Notes under the pieces: model-generated
Databases searched by the model: none
The model's input: only the letters and a program-made list of their open reading frames with translations
What the model was told of the DNA's origin: nothing
Shown: in pieces, positions 1 through 9,682 of the stretch
How positions within the stretch are numbered: position 1 is the stretch's first letter
Layout: each line of letters begins with the position of its first letter
Origin: Bacteroidota bacterium
GTDB lineage: Bacteria > Bacteroidota > Bacteroidia > Bacteroidales > M50B96
Direction of reading: 5' to 3'
NCBI GenBank assembly: GCA_024762835.1
Contig: JANTGP010000001.1
Span: forward strand, 1-52,928
DNA: 52,928 nucleotides
Translations under genes and position numbers: made by a program

Positions 1-300
1 TAGAATGAATAAGATGTAAGGCATAAATTTTTCTGAATAGCCTTAGCTATTGAGAAAAATTTTAACGCAACCAGATTGTTTATTATATCTGTTCCCAAAG
101 GATTTGCATAGTTTTTCATATACTTCTTCAAATTTCCTAAAATTATCGAGATAGTTCTTCATAAATTTTTATTGTCTATAAAAAACTATACAAATCTTGA
201 TGCAAATGAATTATTAGAATCCTCCTTAAATAACAAACAAACTTAATTTTAGTTTTAGGGAAATGAATTTATTAGGGTTTATTTAAAAAAAACAATTGGT

Positions 301-1629
301 TTAGTAAGCAAAATCATCCCAAAGCTTCATACGATAATTTTCTCTGTCAACAGGAAGGCAATCCTCAACAGAATTAATTTCCTCTGTTGTATAAATCATA
401 TCATTAATAAAGTCGGGGGCACGGTTCATGCTTTCGCCAATATTAACTAAAACAGATTCGCCATTCTTTAAGAGTCCTTGTTTTGCAGCTTCAAACAAGC
501 CGCCTAATGCGATTGCTGCTGCCGGTCCAATCTTAACAGCCTTCTCAAAACTTATTATTCTGGCAAGCTTTACAGCTTCTGTTTCTTTAAAGGAAATGAT
601 CTCCCCTTTGCTCTTTTTTACCAAACTGGCAATTATAGGAAAAGTTGCCGGGTTACCTGTTGCCAAAGTTGGAATCAAAGTAACAGGGTTCTCATAAACA
701 GGGTAGTCATTTTCCCAACCTTGTGGGAAATTATTCTTTTTTGCATCATTCCAACCGGCAGTCATGGGATCACAACCATCAGGCTGAATCATAATAAAAC
801 GTGAGAGTTTCTCAGTAATACCAAGCTCACTTATATCTTTCAGTCCCTTTTCAATTGCGATTGGTCCTGTCCCACCGCTTAAGGCTTGAATATACACATC
901 AGGCAAATCGCCTGTTTGGCGAAGCCATTCCCAAACCATGGTTTTTTTTGCCTCAACTCTTAATGGGTCGATGTTTCCACCTGAAATTAAAATATTATTT
1001 TTTTGAGAGAATTCAGCCGCAATTTTTTTCGCTTTGGCATAATCACCATTCACCCTGAACACTTTTTGCCCGTATGCACTTATCTCTGCTTCGTTTGCTT
1101 TTAAAGCATCCGAAGGAATAAAAACATATAATGATATTCCGGCTTTAGCCAAATAATATGCAAATGCCGATGCAATATTTCCAGTACTTGCAACCACATA
1201 CTTTTTTATTCCGTTTTCCTTAAGAACGCTGGCTGCAAGAGCTGCTGCAACATCTTTAAATGTGCCTGTTCCGGTGCTTAGATCATTTCTGTAAACGCTA
1301 ATCTTTAAATCAAGATTATAATGTTTCTTAAAATAATCGTTAAGAAAAGTCCAATTCTCAACCGGTATTCTTCCTTCACCTGCTGATATAATATTCTGCT
1401 TATCGTTTAAAGGCAAAAAATCAAAATAATGAAAAATGCTTGTTACCTCATCGTCACTTTTAGAGATAAGCTCTTTAACTTTATTATAATCGGCACTATA
1501 TTCAACATCAACCCATTTATTCCCACAATTGGGACAAGCTTGAAAGACATCAAACCATTCATTAAAATCACTAATGATATGATTACATTTCCTACACTTT
1601 AAATGGTATTTATTCTTAGGTTTTATCAT
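301..1629 (-). CDS. PLP-dependent threonine-synthase-superfamily enzyme, putative cysteate synthase (sulfonolipid precursor)
   Basis: 442-aa ORF. N-terminal Zn-ribbon (CRKC...CPNC). PLP-lysine motif GTGTFKD followed by ASTGNIASA, typical of the threonine synthase / cysteate synthase fold. Sits directly downstream of cysH and an alpha-oxoamine synthase on the same strand (gaps of 44 and 11 nt). Confidence 0.65.
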   Translation of the reverse strand: MIKPKNKYHLKCRKCNHIISDFNEWFDVFQACPNCGNKWVDVEYSADYNKVKELISKSDDEVTSIFHYFDFLPLNDKQNIISAGEGRIPVENWTFLNDYFKKHYNLDLKISVYRNDLSTGTGTFKDVAAALAASVLKENGIKKYVVASTGNIASAFAYYLAKAGISLYVFIPSDALKANEAEISAYGQKVFRVNGDYAKAKKIAAEFSQKNNILISGGNIDPLRVEAKKTMVWEWLRQTGDLPDVYIQALSGGTGPIAIEKGLKDISELGITEKLSRFIMIQPDGCDPMTAGWNDAKKNNFPQGWENDYPVYENPVTLIPTLATGNPATFPIIASLVKKSKGEIISFKETEAVKLARIISFEKAVKIGPAAAIALGGLFEAAKQGLLKNGESVLVNIGESMNRAPDFINDMIYTTEEINSVEDCLPVDRENYRMKLWDDFAY

Positions 1630-1673
1630 GTTTCTTTTTAAACTAAAATGATTTTTACGATTAAAGGAATAAA

Positions 1674-2402
1674 CTACTTATTACCGTTTTTGTCTGCAGA
1701 TAATTTATAATGAAGCCCACATTCTGTTTTAGAAAAATTAACCCAGCGTCCGCTTCTATCGCCATGAGCCCAATTGCCAGGGGCTGTACAAGCAGGTGGA
1801 GAACATCCAATTGAAGCATAACCAAACTGATATAGGCTATTATATGGTAAATTATTATCCTTAATATATTTCCATACGTCGTCCCATTTCCAGTTAATCA
1901 ATGGGTGAACTCTGATATTATCATGAGCATCAATCATAAATACAGACATCTCAGCTCTACTTTTGCTCTGATCTTTTCTTATTCCTGTCAACCAATTGGA
2001 GTATCCTGATGTTTTCATAATTCTTTCCTGAGGCTCAACTTTATTTATCGAGCAACAAGTTTCGGGATCGGAGTTATATAATTCCTTCCCATACTTTTGC
2101 TCAAATACATCTCTCGAGAGTTTTGGCTTTACAGATATCACATTTAGATTGAATTTTTTGATTATTTCATCTCTAAATTGTAATGTCTCAGGAAAATGAT
2201 AACCCGTATCAATAAAATATACCGGTATGTCTTTCCCCATTTGTCTGATTAAATCAAGAATAACAACACCAGAGATTTGAAAGGAAGTTAGAATAGCCAA
2301 GTCAGGGAATAATTTTTTTATACTCCATTTCAGAATGCTAAGTGGATCTGCATCTTTGAATTGCACATTCAGTTGTCTCAAATCTCCTTGTTGTATTCTC
2401 AT
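1674..2402 (-). CDS. cysH: Sulfonucleotide (APS/PAPS) reductase, CysH family
   Basis: 242 aa. C-terminal catalytic ECGLH motif (SKTECGLHY). Cys pair ETCCSINK plus GCSPPAC, which resembles the Fe-S cluster ligands of APS-type reductases. PAPS_reduct-like core (VYFIDTGYHFPET). Confidence 0.8.
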   Translation of the reverse strand: MRIQQGDLRQLNVQFKDADPLSILKWSIKKLFPDLAILTSFQISGVVILDLIRQMGKDIPVYFIDTGYHFPETLQFRDEIIKKFNLNVISVKPKLSRDVFEQKYGKELYNSDPETCCSINKVEPQERIMKTSGYSNWLTGIRKDQSKSRAEMSVFMIDAHDNIRVHPLINWKWDDVWKYIKDNNLPYNSLYQFGYASIGCSPPACTAPGNWAHGDRSGRWVNFSKTECGLHYKLSADKNGNK

Positions 2403-2413
2403 AACATCATATA

Positions 2414-3718
2414 TTATTTTACAACCATTTTAGTAACAGTATCAGAATCATATTTTCCTGAGAGCAATTTCTCATGTACTTCAGCAAAGGAATTTATTGT
2501 ATATTCAACATCTTCAAGGCTGTGTGCCGCAGTTGGTATTAACCTAAGCATAATAACTCCCTTAGGAACAACCGGATAAACAACTATTGAACAAAATATT
2601 GCATAATTCTCACGTAAGTCAAGAAGTACATTGGTCGCTTGTGCAATATTTCCTGAAAAGAAAACCGGAGTAACAGGTGAGTTTGTATTACCCAAATTAA
2701 AGCCTTTTTCTTTAAGACCATTTTGTAAGGCATTTACAATCTTCCATAAGTTTTCGCGTAGATAATCAGCATTTTTCAATAGCTCAAGCCTTTTCAAAGC
2801 ACCAACTACCATAGGCATAGGAAGTGATTTGGCAAATATTTGCGAACGCATGTTATATCTCAAGACATCTATTATTTCTTTTTTTGAGGCAACAAAAGCA
2901 CCTATACCTGCCATAGCCTTTGCAAATGTTCCAAAATATATATCAACTTCATCCTGACAACCAAGAAATTCGCCTGTACCGGCACCAGTTTTTCCCATAG
3001 TTCCAAAACCATGAGCATCATCAACAAGCAGTCTAAAACTAACCCTCTTTTTAAGTGCTGTAATCTCATCTAATTTACCTAGGTCTCCGGACATTCCAAA
3101 AACACCCTCAGTAATAACCAGGATTCCACCACCTGATTTTTTTGCAACTTTTTCTGCATGTTTGAGTTGTGTTTCAAGACTCTCCATATCATTATGAGCA
3201 TACACAAAGCGTTTGCCCATATGTAATCTCAATCCATCCAATATACAAGCATGAGACTCGGAGTCATATACTACAACATCCTTTCTGTCAACAGATGAGT
3301 CAATAATTGAAACCATTCCCTGATAGCCATAGTTTAATAAATAAGCAGATTCCTTACCTACAAACTCAGCAAGTCCCTCTTCAAGTTCCTGATGTTTGGC
3401 AGTTTGACCTGACATAATCCTTGCACCCATAGGATAAGCTAATCCCCATTCTTTTGAGGCTTCAGCATCAATCTTTCTAACTTCGGGGTGATTTGCCAGA
3501 CCAATATAATTATTAAGACTCCATGTCAACACCTCTTTTCCTTGAAATTTCATATGGGAATCTATCTCACCTTCTAAAATTGGGAAAGTATAATATCCAT
3601 CGGCAGAGTCCATATATTGTCCCAAATCCGTTTTCTTAGACTCTAATTTTTTGAAAATATCAACCATTATTATTAATTTATTTTTGTTTATTTTTCCTTC
3701 AATTACAAAAGTCGACAT
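2414..3718 (-). CDS. Alpha-oxoamine synthase family acyltransferase (KBL/AONS/SPT-like), putative cysteate-C-fatty-acyltransferase
   Basis: 434-aa ORF. The real start may be the second ATG at 3667 (MVDIFKKLESKK). Motifs DDAHGFG and the PLP-lysine motif GTFAKAMAGIG. The specific substrate is inferred only from the adjacent cysteate-synthase-like and cysH genes. Confidence 0.7.
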   Translation of the reverse strand: MSTFVIEGKINKNKLIIMVDIFKKLESKKTDLGQYMDSADGYYTFPILEGEIDSHMKFQGKEVLTWSLNNYIGLANHPEVRKIDAEASKEWGLAYPMGARIMSGQTAKHQELEEGLAEFVGKESAYLLNYGYQGMVSIIDSSVDRKDVVVYDSESHACILDGLRLHMGKRFVYAHNDMESLETQLKHAEKVAKKSGGGILVITEGVFGMSGDLGKLDEITALKKRVSFRLLVDDAHGFGTMGKTGAGTGEFLGCQDEVDIYFGTFAKAMAGIGAFVASKKEIIDVLRYNMRSQIFAKSLPMPMVVGALKRLELLKNADYLRENLWKIVNALQNGLKEKGFNLGNTNSPVTPVFFSGNIAQATNVLLDLRENYAIFCSIVVYPVVPKGVIMLRLIPTAAHSLEDVEYTINSFAEVHEKLLSGKYDSDTVTKMVVK

Positions 3719-3918
3719 TTATACAGTGTAAATAGTCCAAGCTAAGAAACACGGACCAATTAAAACAATCTAAGAGCAGATAATAAGCACAACAAGCCCT
3801 CTGCAAGATTTTGATAACATGAATCTTACGCTAAAAACACTCAAAAACATTTTAAATTGGAAGTTATTTCTCTTTGGAAAGAAAACTACAAATAATATGG
3901 TTTAGATTGATTCTTATT

Positions 3919-5070
3919 CTAATCAAAAGACTTAAAACTTTGCTCATATTTGATATCCCGCTTCTCAAATTCATCAAATAAAAAGTTAACACAATCCTCA
4001 CGTTTGCCAATGTGCTCAGGAAGGATTAAGCCCTTATTATTAATCATACCATTTATAAGCATACGAAGTGTAATAGTTGCTGTATATCCTGTTGTTCTTG
4101 CCATGGAATGAATACCTGATTTCAAATCCTTTTCATCGTAAAGAAAGAATGATATTTCCATATTCTTTCCGTCTTTAATTCCCTTTGCTTTAACCTGCAT
4201 GATTGTAAAATCTATCTCATCATGTTCAAGTTTCCATTTTGGGAAAAGAAGCTTTGCAGTTAAGTCGACCGGGCTTACTTTATTACCATTTATATCAATC
4301 TCTTCTGTATCAAATAAGCCTATCTCTCGCAATAAAGTCATTTTCTCAATATGTCCGGGGTAACGTAAAGTTTTCTCTTTTAAGAAAGGGGCATCTATGG
4401 TTTTGGCCAAAGTCCTTAGTCCATCGCTATTAAAAGCTTCAAGAGTGCCAACTTTTGGGAAATTTATTAATTCAGCTTCGCTGAGGGCAGGTCTTACAAC
4501 AAGCTTTCCATGCTCAATTATTCTTGCTGGTCTTGTGTATTCCTCAATCACATCAATAGGCGAAAAGACTGCTTTGTATTCAAAAGGTAATTCTCTCTTT
4601 TGTGGAAGTCCGCCAACATAAATCACTCCTTCCTTAATTTTATCCAGCAAAAATCCGGCATATCCCATAAGAACATTACTCATTCCAGGAGCAACTCAGC
4701 TATCGACTATACAGCTCACATTATTTTCAAGGGCAAGTTCATCCAAATCATAAGGTTCTTCGGGGAAGAAGGCAATATCAACAACATCTTTACCTGAACG
4801 AATAATAGTTTTTACAGTTTCGTATCCCATAAACCCCGGGACTGCATTTATAACATAATCAAAATTGCTTAATAACTTTCTCAACTCAAGCTTATTAGAT
4901 AAATCAATATTAACTTTAGTAATTCCGGTACTTTCAGGAATTAAATCAAGCGATTTAATATTTATATCGGCAATTGTAACAGCAAAGTTCCCATCTTTTA
5001 TTAAATCTAATGCCATTGGCCGACCTACCAAACCTGCACCTAAAACAATAATCCTAACTTTATCACTCAT
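3919..5070 (-). pseudogene. Saccharopine dehydrogenase-family NAD(P) oxidoreductase interrupted by a single in-frame TGA (4696-4698)
   Basis: ORFs 4696..5070 (Rossmann N-terminus, IIVLGAGLVGRPMA) and 3919..4683 (C-terminal domain) are in the same frame. The minus strand reads ...VSCIVDS-TGA-VAPGMSNVLMGY.... There is no frameshift, only the one stop. Confidence 0.6.
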
Positions 5071-5091
5071 AATATCAATAAAATAAGATAA

Positions 5092-5904
5092 TTACTTCCA
5101 TAAATCAATCATCTCTAATTTAACTTCATCCTCAAAAAACATCTCAGAGATATTCTCAAAAAGAACGGTATAGTCTGACACACAGAACCTGTATTTGGGA
5201 TGGTTATCATAGTTCAATAATTTATTCCTGTTTAAATAATCTTTAATCAATACCGCTACTAAATGTCCGCTATCTATAACCTTAACATTAAAATCAAAAA
5301 ATTTTCTGATTTGGTTTCTGATAATCGGATAGTGAGTACAACCAAGAATTAATGGGTTAACAGCTTTCAGTTTCGGGTTTGAAAGATAAGTTCTGATAAT
5401 TGCATTGCTAATATCATCAAAGATAAAGCCCTCTTCAATCATTGGGGCAAGCAAAGGGGTTGCAAGGCATGAGACATCAACATCCGGCATTTTCTCTTTA
5501 AGTTTTCTCGAATACGTTCCACTTGCAATTGTTCCTTTGGTTCCGATTACTCCGACATTTGTAAGATTCGTCAAGTTTGAGATATAATCAATTACAGGAT
5601 CGATAACATTAAAAACCTTCACCTTATCTCCAAGGTATTTTTTCACCTCTTCGTAGGCATGGGCAGATGCAGTGTTACAAGCAATAAGAACAACTTTGCA
5701 ATTCTGTTCGATTAAGAAATCTGCTATCTTTTTTGAATAATACTTTATTGAATCGCTTGATTTATCGCCGTAAGGTAAATGAGCCGTATCGCCAAAATAG
5801 ATAATATTTTCGTGAGGGAGAATATTTCTTATAGCACCCGCCACAGTTAAACCTCCAACACCCGAATCAAAAATACCAATTGCCTGTTCTTTATTAAAAG
5901 TCAT
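5092..5904 (-). CDS. murI: Glutamate racemase
   Basis: 270 aa. Motifs IGIFDSGVGGLTV, the ACNTASA catalytic Cys motif, and the second catalytic Cys in LGCTHYP. Confidence 0.95.
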   Translation of the reverse strand: MTFNKEQAIGIFDSGVGGLTVAGAIRNILPHENIIYFGDTAHLPYGDKSSDSIKYYSKKIADFLIEQNCKVVLIACNTASAHAYEEVKKYLGDKVKVFNVIDPVIDYISNLTNLTNVGVIGTKGTIASGTYSRKLKEKMPDVDVSCLATPLLAPMIEEGFIFDDISNAIIRTYLSNPKLKAVNPLILGCTHYPIIRNQIRKFFDFNVKVIDSGHLVAVLIKDYLNRNKLLNYDNHPKYRFCVSDYTVLFENISEMFFEDEVKLEMIDLWK

Positions 5905-5974
5905 CTCTATATTATTAATTATTCAATGGTAAAAATCTTTGTTATAAAACTAAGCAAATTTCCTAAAATAAAAA

Positions 5975-5995
5975 AACCACCCTGTCAGGATGGTT
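5975..5995 (-). terminator. Putative intrinsic terminator after the distal ompH gene
   Basis: AACCACCC-TGTCA-GGATGGTT hairpin (7 of 8 pairs). Preceded by an A-run on the + strand, which is a T-run after the hairpin on the - strand. Lies 26 nt past the stop at 6021. Confidence 0.45.
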
Positions 5996-6020
5996 TTCTT
6001 ATTTTTTCTTTGTTTGTAAA

Positions 6021-6542
6021 CTATTCTGTAATACCCAGCTTAGCCTTTACCAGCGAAAGAATATCTATAGTATCGTCAGCAAAGTATACCACAGCACCGG
6101 CACTTACATCGAATATATAAGTAAAGCCGTTTTCTTTACCAACTTCTTGGATAGCATTATTTGCTTTATCAATAATCGGCTGAATCAATTCAGATTCCTT
6201 TTTCGAATAATTATCCTGAGCAGAGCCTTGAAACTCCTGAATTCTTGTTTGTAAATCCTGAAGTTCTTTTTGCTTTGTCTCTTTAACAATATCATTATAC
6301 GTTGATTCTTGTTTTAAGTAATCATTATACTTGTTCTCCAGTTCTGTTTGCATAGCTGTCAATTGATCTTCAAGCTGACTTGCATACTCCTGAAGTTTTG
6401 TTTGTGCTGCATTTCGTTCGGGCATTAAAGAAATTAATTCGTTTGAATTAATATGACCAAACTTAAGTTTTGCTTGTGAATAACCAAAGTTTACAGAAAA
6501 CAATAAGGCAATAATAGCAATAGCTTTAAAAGTACTTTTCAT
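6021..6542 (-). CDS. OmpH/Skp-family periplasmic chaperone
   Basis: 173 aa. Signal peptide, then a long Q/E/K-rich coiled-coil. Second of a tandem pair immediately downstream of bamA, the canonical Bacteroidota arrangement. Confidence 0.8.
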   Translation of the reverse strand: MKSTFKAIAIIALLFSVNFGYSQAKLKFGHINSNELISLMPERNAAQTKLQEYASQLEDQLTAMQTELENKYNDYLKQESTYNDIVKETKQKELQDLQTRIQEFQGSAQDNYSKKESELIQPIIDKANNAIQEVGKENGFTYIFDVSAGAVVYFADDTIDILSLVKAKLGITE

Positions 6543-6592
6543 TAGTTTTTGTTTTATTTTACAGATTCCAATATTAATTAATTATTTTTTTG

Positions 6593-6600
6593 CAAAGATA
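6593..6600 (-). promoter_or_regulatory. Bacteroidota -7 box (TATCTTTG on the minus strand) upstream of the distal ompH
   Basis: Perfect TAnnTTTG, 50 nt upstream of the ATG at 6542. Confidence 0.4.
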
Positions 6601-6663
6601 TAATTATTTATAAGTTGCCAAAAAGTGAATAGCCCATCAATAGATGAAGCCTTTCAATAGCTT

Positions 6664-7182
6664 TTAGTTTTTATAGCCGAGTTTTTCAAGAACCTCATCA
6701 CTTTTATCGTACTTTGGGTCGGTATAAAGCATGCTCATTCCACCGGCAGCAGTATCGAAAATCACAGCATAATTTCTCTCTTCTGCGATTTCTTTAACTG
6801 CATTAAAGATATCGTCTTGTATTGGCTTAATCAACTCTTGTCTTTTCTTATATAAGTCACCATCCTTACCGAAATACTTTTTTTGCAGGTCCTTTACTTC
6901 CTTTTCCTTTTTAATGATATCATTTTCACGTTTTGTTTTCATTTCATCAGAAAGTAAAACGCGTTCGGCCTGAAAATCTTTATACATTTTATCAATTTCT
7001 GCATAAAGTGCTTCAATTTCCTTTTGCCAATTTACTGAAAACTGATCAAGCTGATCCTGTGCGGATTCATAAGTAGGAATATTATTCAAAATATACTCTG
7101 TATCAACAAAAGCATACTTTTGGGCAAAGCTAAAACTTAAAGCAATTACCATTACAACTAATGTGGCTGTTAATTTCTTCAT
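6664..7182 (-). CDS. OmpH/Skp-family periplasmic chaperone
   Basis: 172 aa. Signal peptide plus coiled-coil. Lies 25 nt downstream of bamA. Confidence 0.8.
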   Translation of the reverse strand: MKKLTATLVVMVIALSFSFAQKYAFVDTEYILNNIPTYESAQDQLDQFSVNWQKEIEALYAEIDKMYKDFQAERVLLSDEMKTKRENDIIKKEKEVKDLQKKYFGKDGDLYKKRQELIKPIQDDIFNAVKEIAEERNYAVIFDTAAGGMSMLYTDPKYDKSDEVLEKLGYKN

Positions 7183-7207
7183 TTTAAAAAAATTTAAAGA
7201 TTAATAA

Positions 7208-9682
7208 TTAAAATTGTTGTCCGATGACGAAGTGGAACTGACTTTTATTTGCTGATGGTTGATTTGGTATTTCATCAAAACCATAACCCCAGTCAACACC
7301 AAGCATACCAAACATTGGAAGAAAGATTCTCAAACCTACTCCGGCTGATCTTTTAATTTGAAATGGATTAAAATCTCTAAAGTCATACCAGGCATTTCCT
7401 CCCTCGAGAAATGCTAAAGCATATAATGTAGCCTGAGGGTTTAATGAAATAGGATAACGCAGTTCGAGGGTATATTTGTTATAGATATTACCATTTCCTC
7501 CAATCGAATTAGTCAAAGAACCATTATCGTAACCTCTAAGTGCAATGGTTTCTCTTCCGTATAAATTATAACCCGACAAACCGTCACCACCTACATAAAA
7601 TCCTTCAAAAGGTGATCGGGCATCTTTATTATAGTAACCAAGGAAACCAAAATTCACTTTCGTGTTTAACACCAAATCTCCTGCCAATTTTGTAAACCAC
7701 GATGCTTTAAATGTCCATTTATGATACTCAACCCACTTATATTTCTCAATATCAGACATGTGCGAATAATCCTTCCCATTAATTAATGAGTAGGGAGGAG
7801 TAATCTGAAGACCGATAGAAAAATTTGAACCTCTCCTTGGGTAAATTGGCTGGTCGACAGAATTTCTCATAAAAACAGTTTTAAAGCTAAAGTTATTTGC
7901 CTGGCCATCCTCAAAAATAAATGAAGTCCATTTATTTAGGTTATAAGCCTGAAAACTCAATTCATTATATAATGAAAAGAAATCGTCGGGTAGCTTTAAT
8001 CGTTTACCTAAACCAACAGATGCTCCTGTAATAGATATTGACCGACGGTCGGGGTTGTCTTTACTTGTACCGTCGGACTGAACGGTGTGATATAATGATA
8101 CTGTAAGAGAATTTGGTTTCTTTCCGCCTAGCCAAGGTTCTACAAACGACATATTATATGCCTGATAAAACATACCGTTTGATTGAGCTCTTACACTCAA
8201 ACGCTGTCCATCGCCTGAAGGTAAAGGCAGCCATGCATCTTTATTAAAGAAATTACGGGCAGAAAAATTATTAAATGACAGTCCCAATGTTCCAACCAAC
8301 ATACCACCACCCCATCCGCCGGATAATTCAATTTGGTCCGATGGTTTTTCTTCGAGAGTGTATTCAATATCAACAGTTCCGTCAACAGGGTTGGGAATAG
8401 GATTTACACCAATATTCTCAGGATTAAAATAGCCTAAAGTTGCCAATTCTCTATGTGTTCTTATAATATCCGAACGATTATACAGTTGTCCGGGTTTTGT
8501 ACGAATCTCGCGCCTGATAACATGTTCGTTGGTTTTTGTATTTCCTTTTATTATGATATTATTGATTGTTGCTTGTTTTCCTTCATAAACCTGAAGTTCG
8601 ATATCAATACTATCGTTCTCAACCAATACTTCAACCGGATTTATTGATGAGAAAAGAAAACCATCGTCTTGATAAAGAGAGAAAACACCTTGCTCATCAA
8701 TATAAATCTTTTCTTCGAGTAAGCTTTGATTGTAAATATCACCCTTTTTAATTCCAAGAACCATTGACAATTGCTTATCGGTATATTTTGAGTTACCAAC
8801 CCATGTGATATTTCTAAAGAAAAAACGCTTTCCTTCTTCAATGGTAAGATATAGATTTATTGTTTTGTCATCATTCATTGAGATTGAATCGGACACTATC
8901 TTTGCATCTCTAAATCCCATTTCATTATATTTACTAAGAACAGCGTTTTTGTCCTCTTCAAATTTTTCGTCAATATATTTTGAAGCCTTAAAGATATTAT
9001 ACCAGGTCTTGCGTTTTGTTTCTTTCATTGCACGCCTAAGCTTGCCATCACTCAATACTTTATTACCCTTAAAATATATTTCTTGTATTTTTATTCGTTC
9101 ATTCTTATTAACATTAATATTTAGAATTACGTTATTAACCATTGTGGTATCATCTTTCTGAATAATTTTCACTTCGGTATTCAGATAGCCTTTGTCAACA
9201 TAGTAATTGGTAATCGTATTTTTTGTGTTGTTAATAATGTTGTCAGTAACCTGACTTCCTCTGACAAGTTGCACCAAGTCGCGTAAATCATCAGCTTCGT
9301 GTTTTTTAATGCCAATAAAATTAAATTTTGACAGCCTAGGCCTTTCGGCGAGATAAAAATCGAGAAATATTTTGCTGCCAATTACTTTTGTTGCACTAAG
9401 CTTTATATCAGAAAAAAGACCTTGAGCCCAAAGTTTCTCTATTGCTTTGGTTAATTTCTCACCCGGAACAAGAAGTTTGTCGCCAACACTCAGACCCGTT
9501 AAGTCGATTAATACCGAGTGGTCTAAATATTTTACTCCGGATATTGTAATGCCTCCGATTTCAAATTCTTTAGGTTTATCATATCTTATTCCCGAAAGGC
9601 CGGTATTAATAATACCTTGAGAATAAGATCCAATACTTGAAAGTATAAAAAGAATAACTAGAATCTTTATTTTATTGAGCAT
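7208..9682 (-). CDS. bamA: Outer membrane protein assembly factor BamA
   Basis: 824 aa. Signal peptide, POTRA-like repeats, a C-terminal beta-barrel ending in aromatic ...VIGQQF. Position between uppS and ompH. Confidence 0.9.
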   Translation of the reverse strand: MLNKIKILVILFILSSIGSYSQGIINTGLSGIRYDKPKEFEIGGITISGVKYLDHSVLIDLTGLSVGDKLLVPGEKLTKAIEKLWAQGLFSDIKLSATKVIGSKIFLDFYLAERPRLSKFNFIGIKKHEADDLRDLVQLVRGSQVTDNIINNTKNTITNYYVDKGYLNTEVKIIQKDDTTMVNNVILNINVNKNERIKIQEIYFKGNKVLSDGKLRRAMKETKRKTWYNIFKASKYIDEKFEEDKNAVLSKYNEMGFRDAKIVSDSISMNDDKTINLYLTIEEGKRFFFRNITWVGNSKYTDKQLSMVLGIKKGDIYNQSLLEEKIYIDEQGVFSLYQDDGFLFSSINPVEVLVENDSIDIELQVYEGKQATINNIIIKGNTKTNEHVIRREIRTKPGQLYNRSDIIRTHRELATLGYFNPENIGVNPIPNPVDGTVDIEYTLEEKPSDQIELSGGWGGGMLVGTLGLSFNNFSARNFFNKDAWLPLPSGDGQRLSVRAQSNGMFYQAYNMSFVEPWLGGKKPNSLTVSLYHTVQSDGTSKDNPDRRSISITGASVGLGKRLKLPDDFFSLYNELSFQAYNLNKWTSFIFEDGQANNFSFKTVFMRNSVDQPIYPRRGSNFSIGLQITPPYSLINGKDYSHMSDIEKYKWVEYHKWTFKASWFTKLAGDLVLNTKVNFGFLGYYNKDARSPFEGFYVGGDGLSGYNLYGRETIALRGYDNGSLTNSIGGNGNIYNKYTLELRYPISLNPQATLYALAFLEGGNAWYDFRDFNPFQIKRSAGVGLRIFLPMFGMLGVDWGYGFDEIPNQPSANKSQFHFVIGQQF

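Noticed and set aside
43-162. 39-aa minus-strand ORF (MKNYLDNFRKFEEVYEKLCKSFGNRYNKQSGCVKIFLNS) in the otherwise empty first 300 nt.
   Set aside because: It is too short, I recognise no motif, and a stop lies immediately upstream in frame. It could be a gene remnant, but the sequence alone cannot support a call.
255-277. Two TTAGGG hexamers 11 nt apart downstream of the first gene.
   Set aside because: There are only two copies with no further periodicity, which is most likely chance.
3719-3918. Possible SAM (S-box) riboswitch upstream of the AOS/cysH/cysteate-synthase genes. The minus strand contains UUAUCAA...GCAGAGGGCUUG.
   Set aside because: There are only two short resemblances. The other conserved S-box elements (GCAACC, GGUGCUAA-type segments, the four-way junction pairings) are absent. 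A 26-codon ORF here also has no support.
4650-4698. Selenocysteine insertion at the in-frame TGA of the saccharopine-dehydrogenase-family gene.
   Set aside because: I could not fold a convincing SECIS-like hairpin in the ~40 nt after the TGA; the best attempt has several mismatches. The aligned position is expected to be Gly, not Cys. No selenoprotein of this family is known to me.
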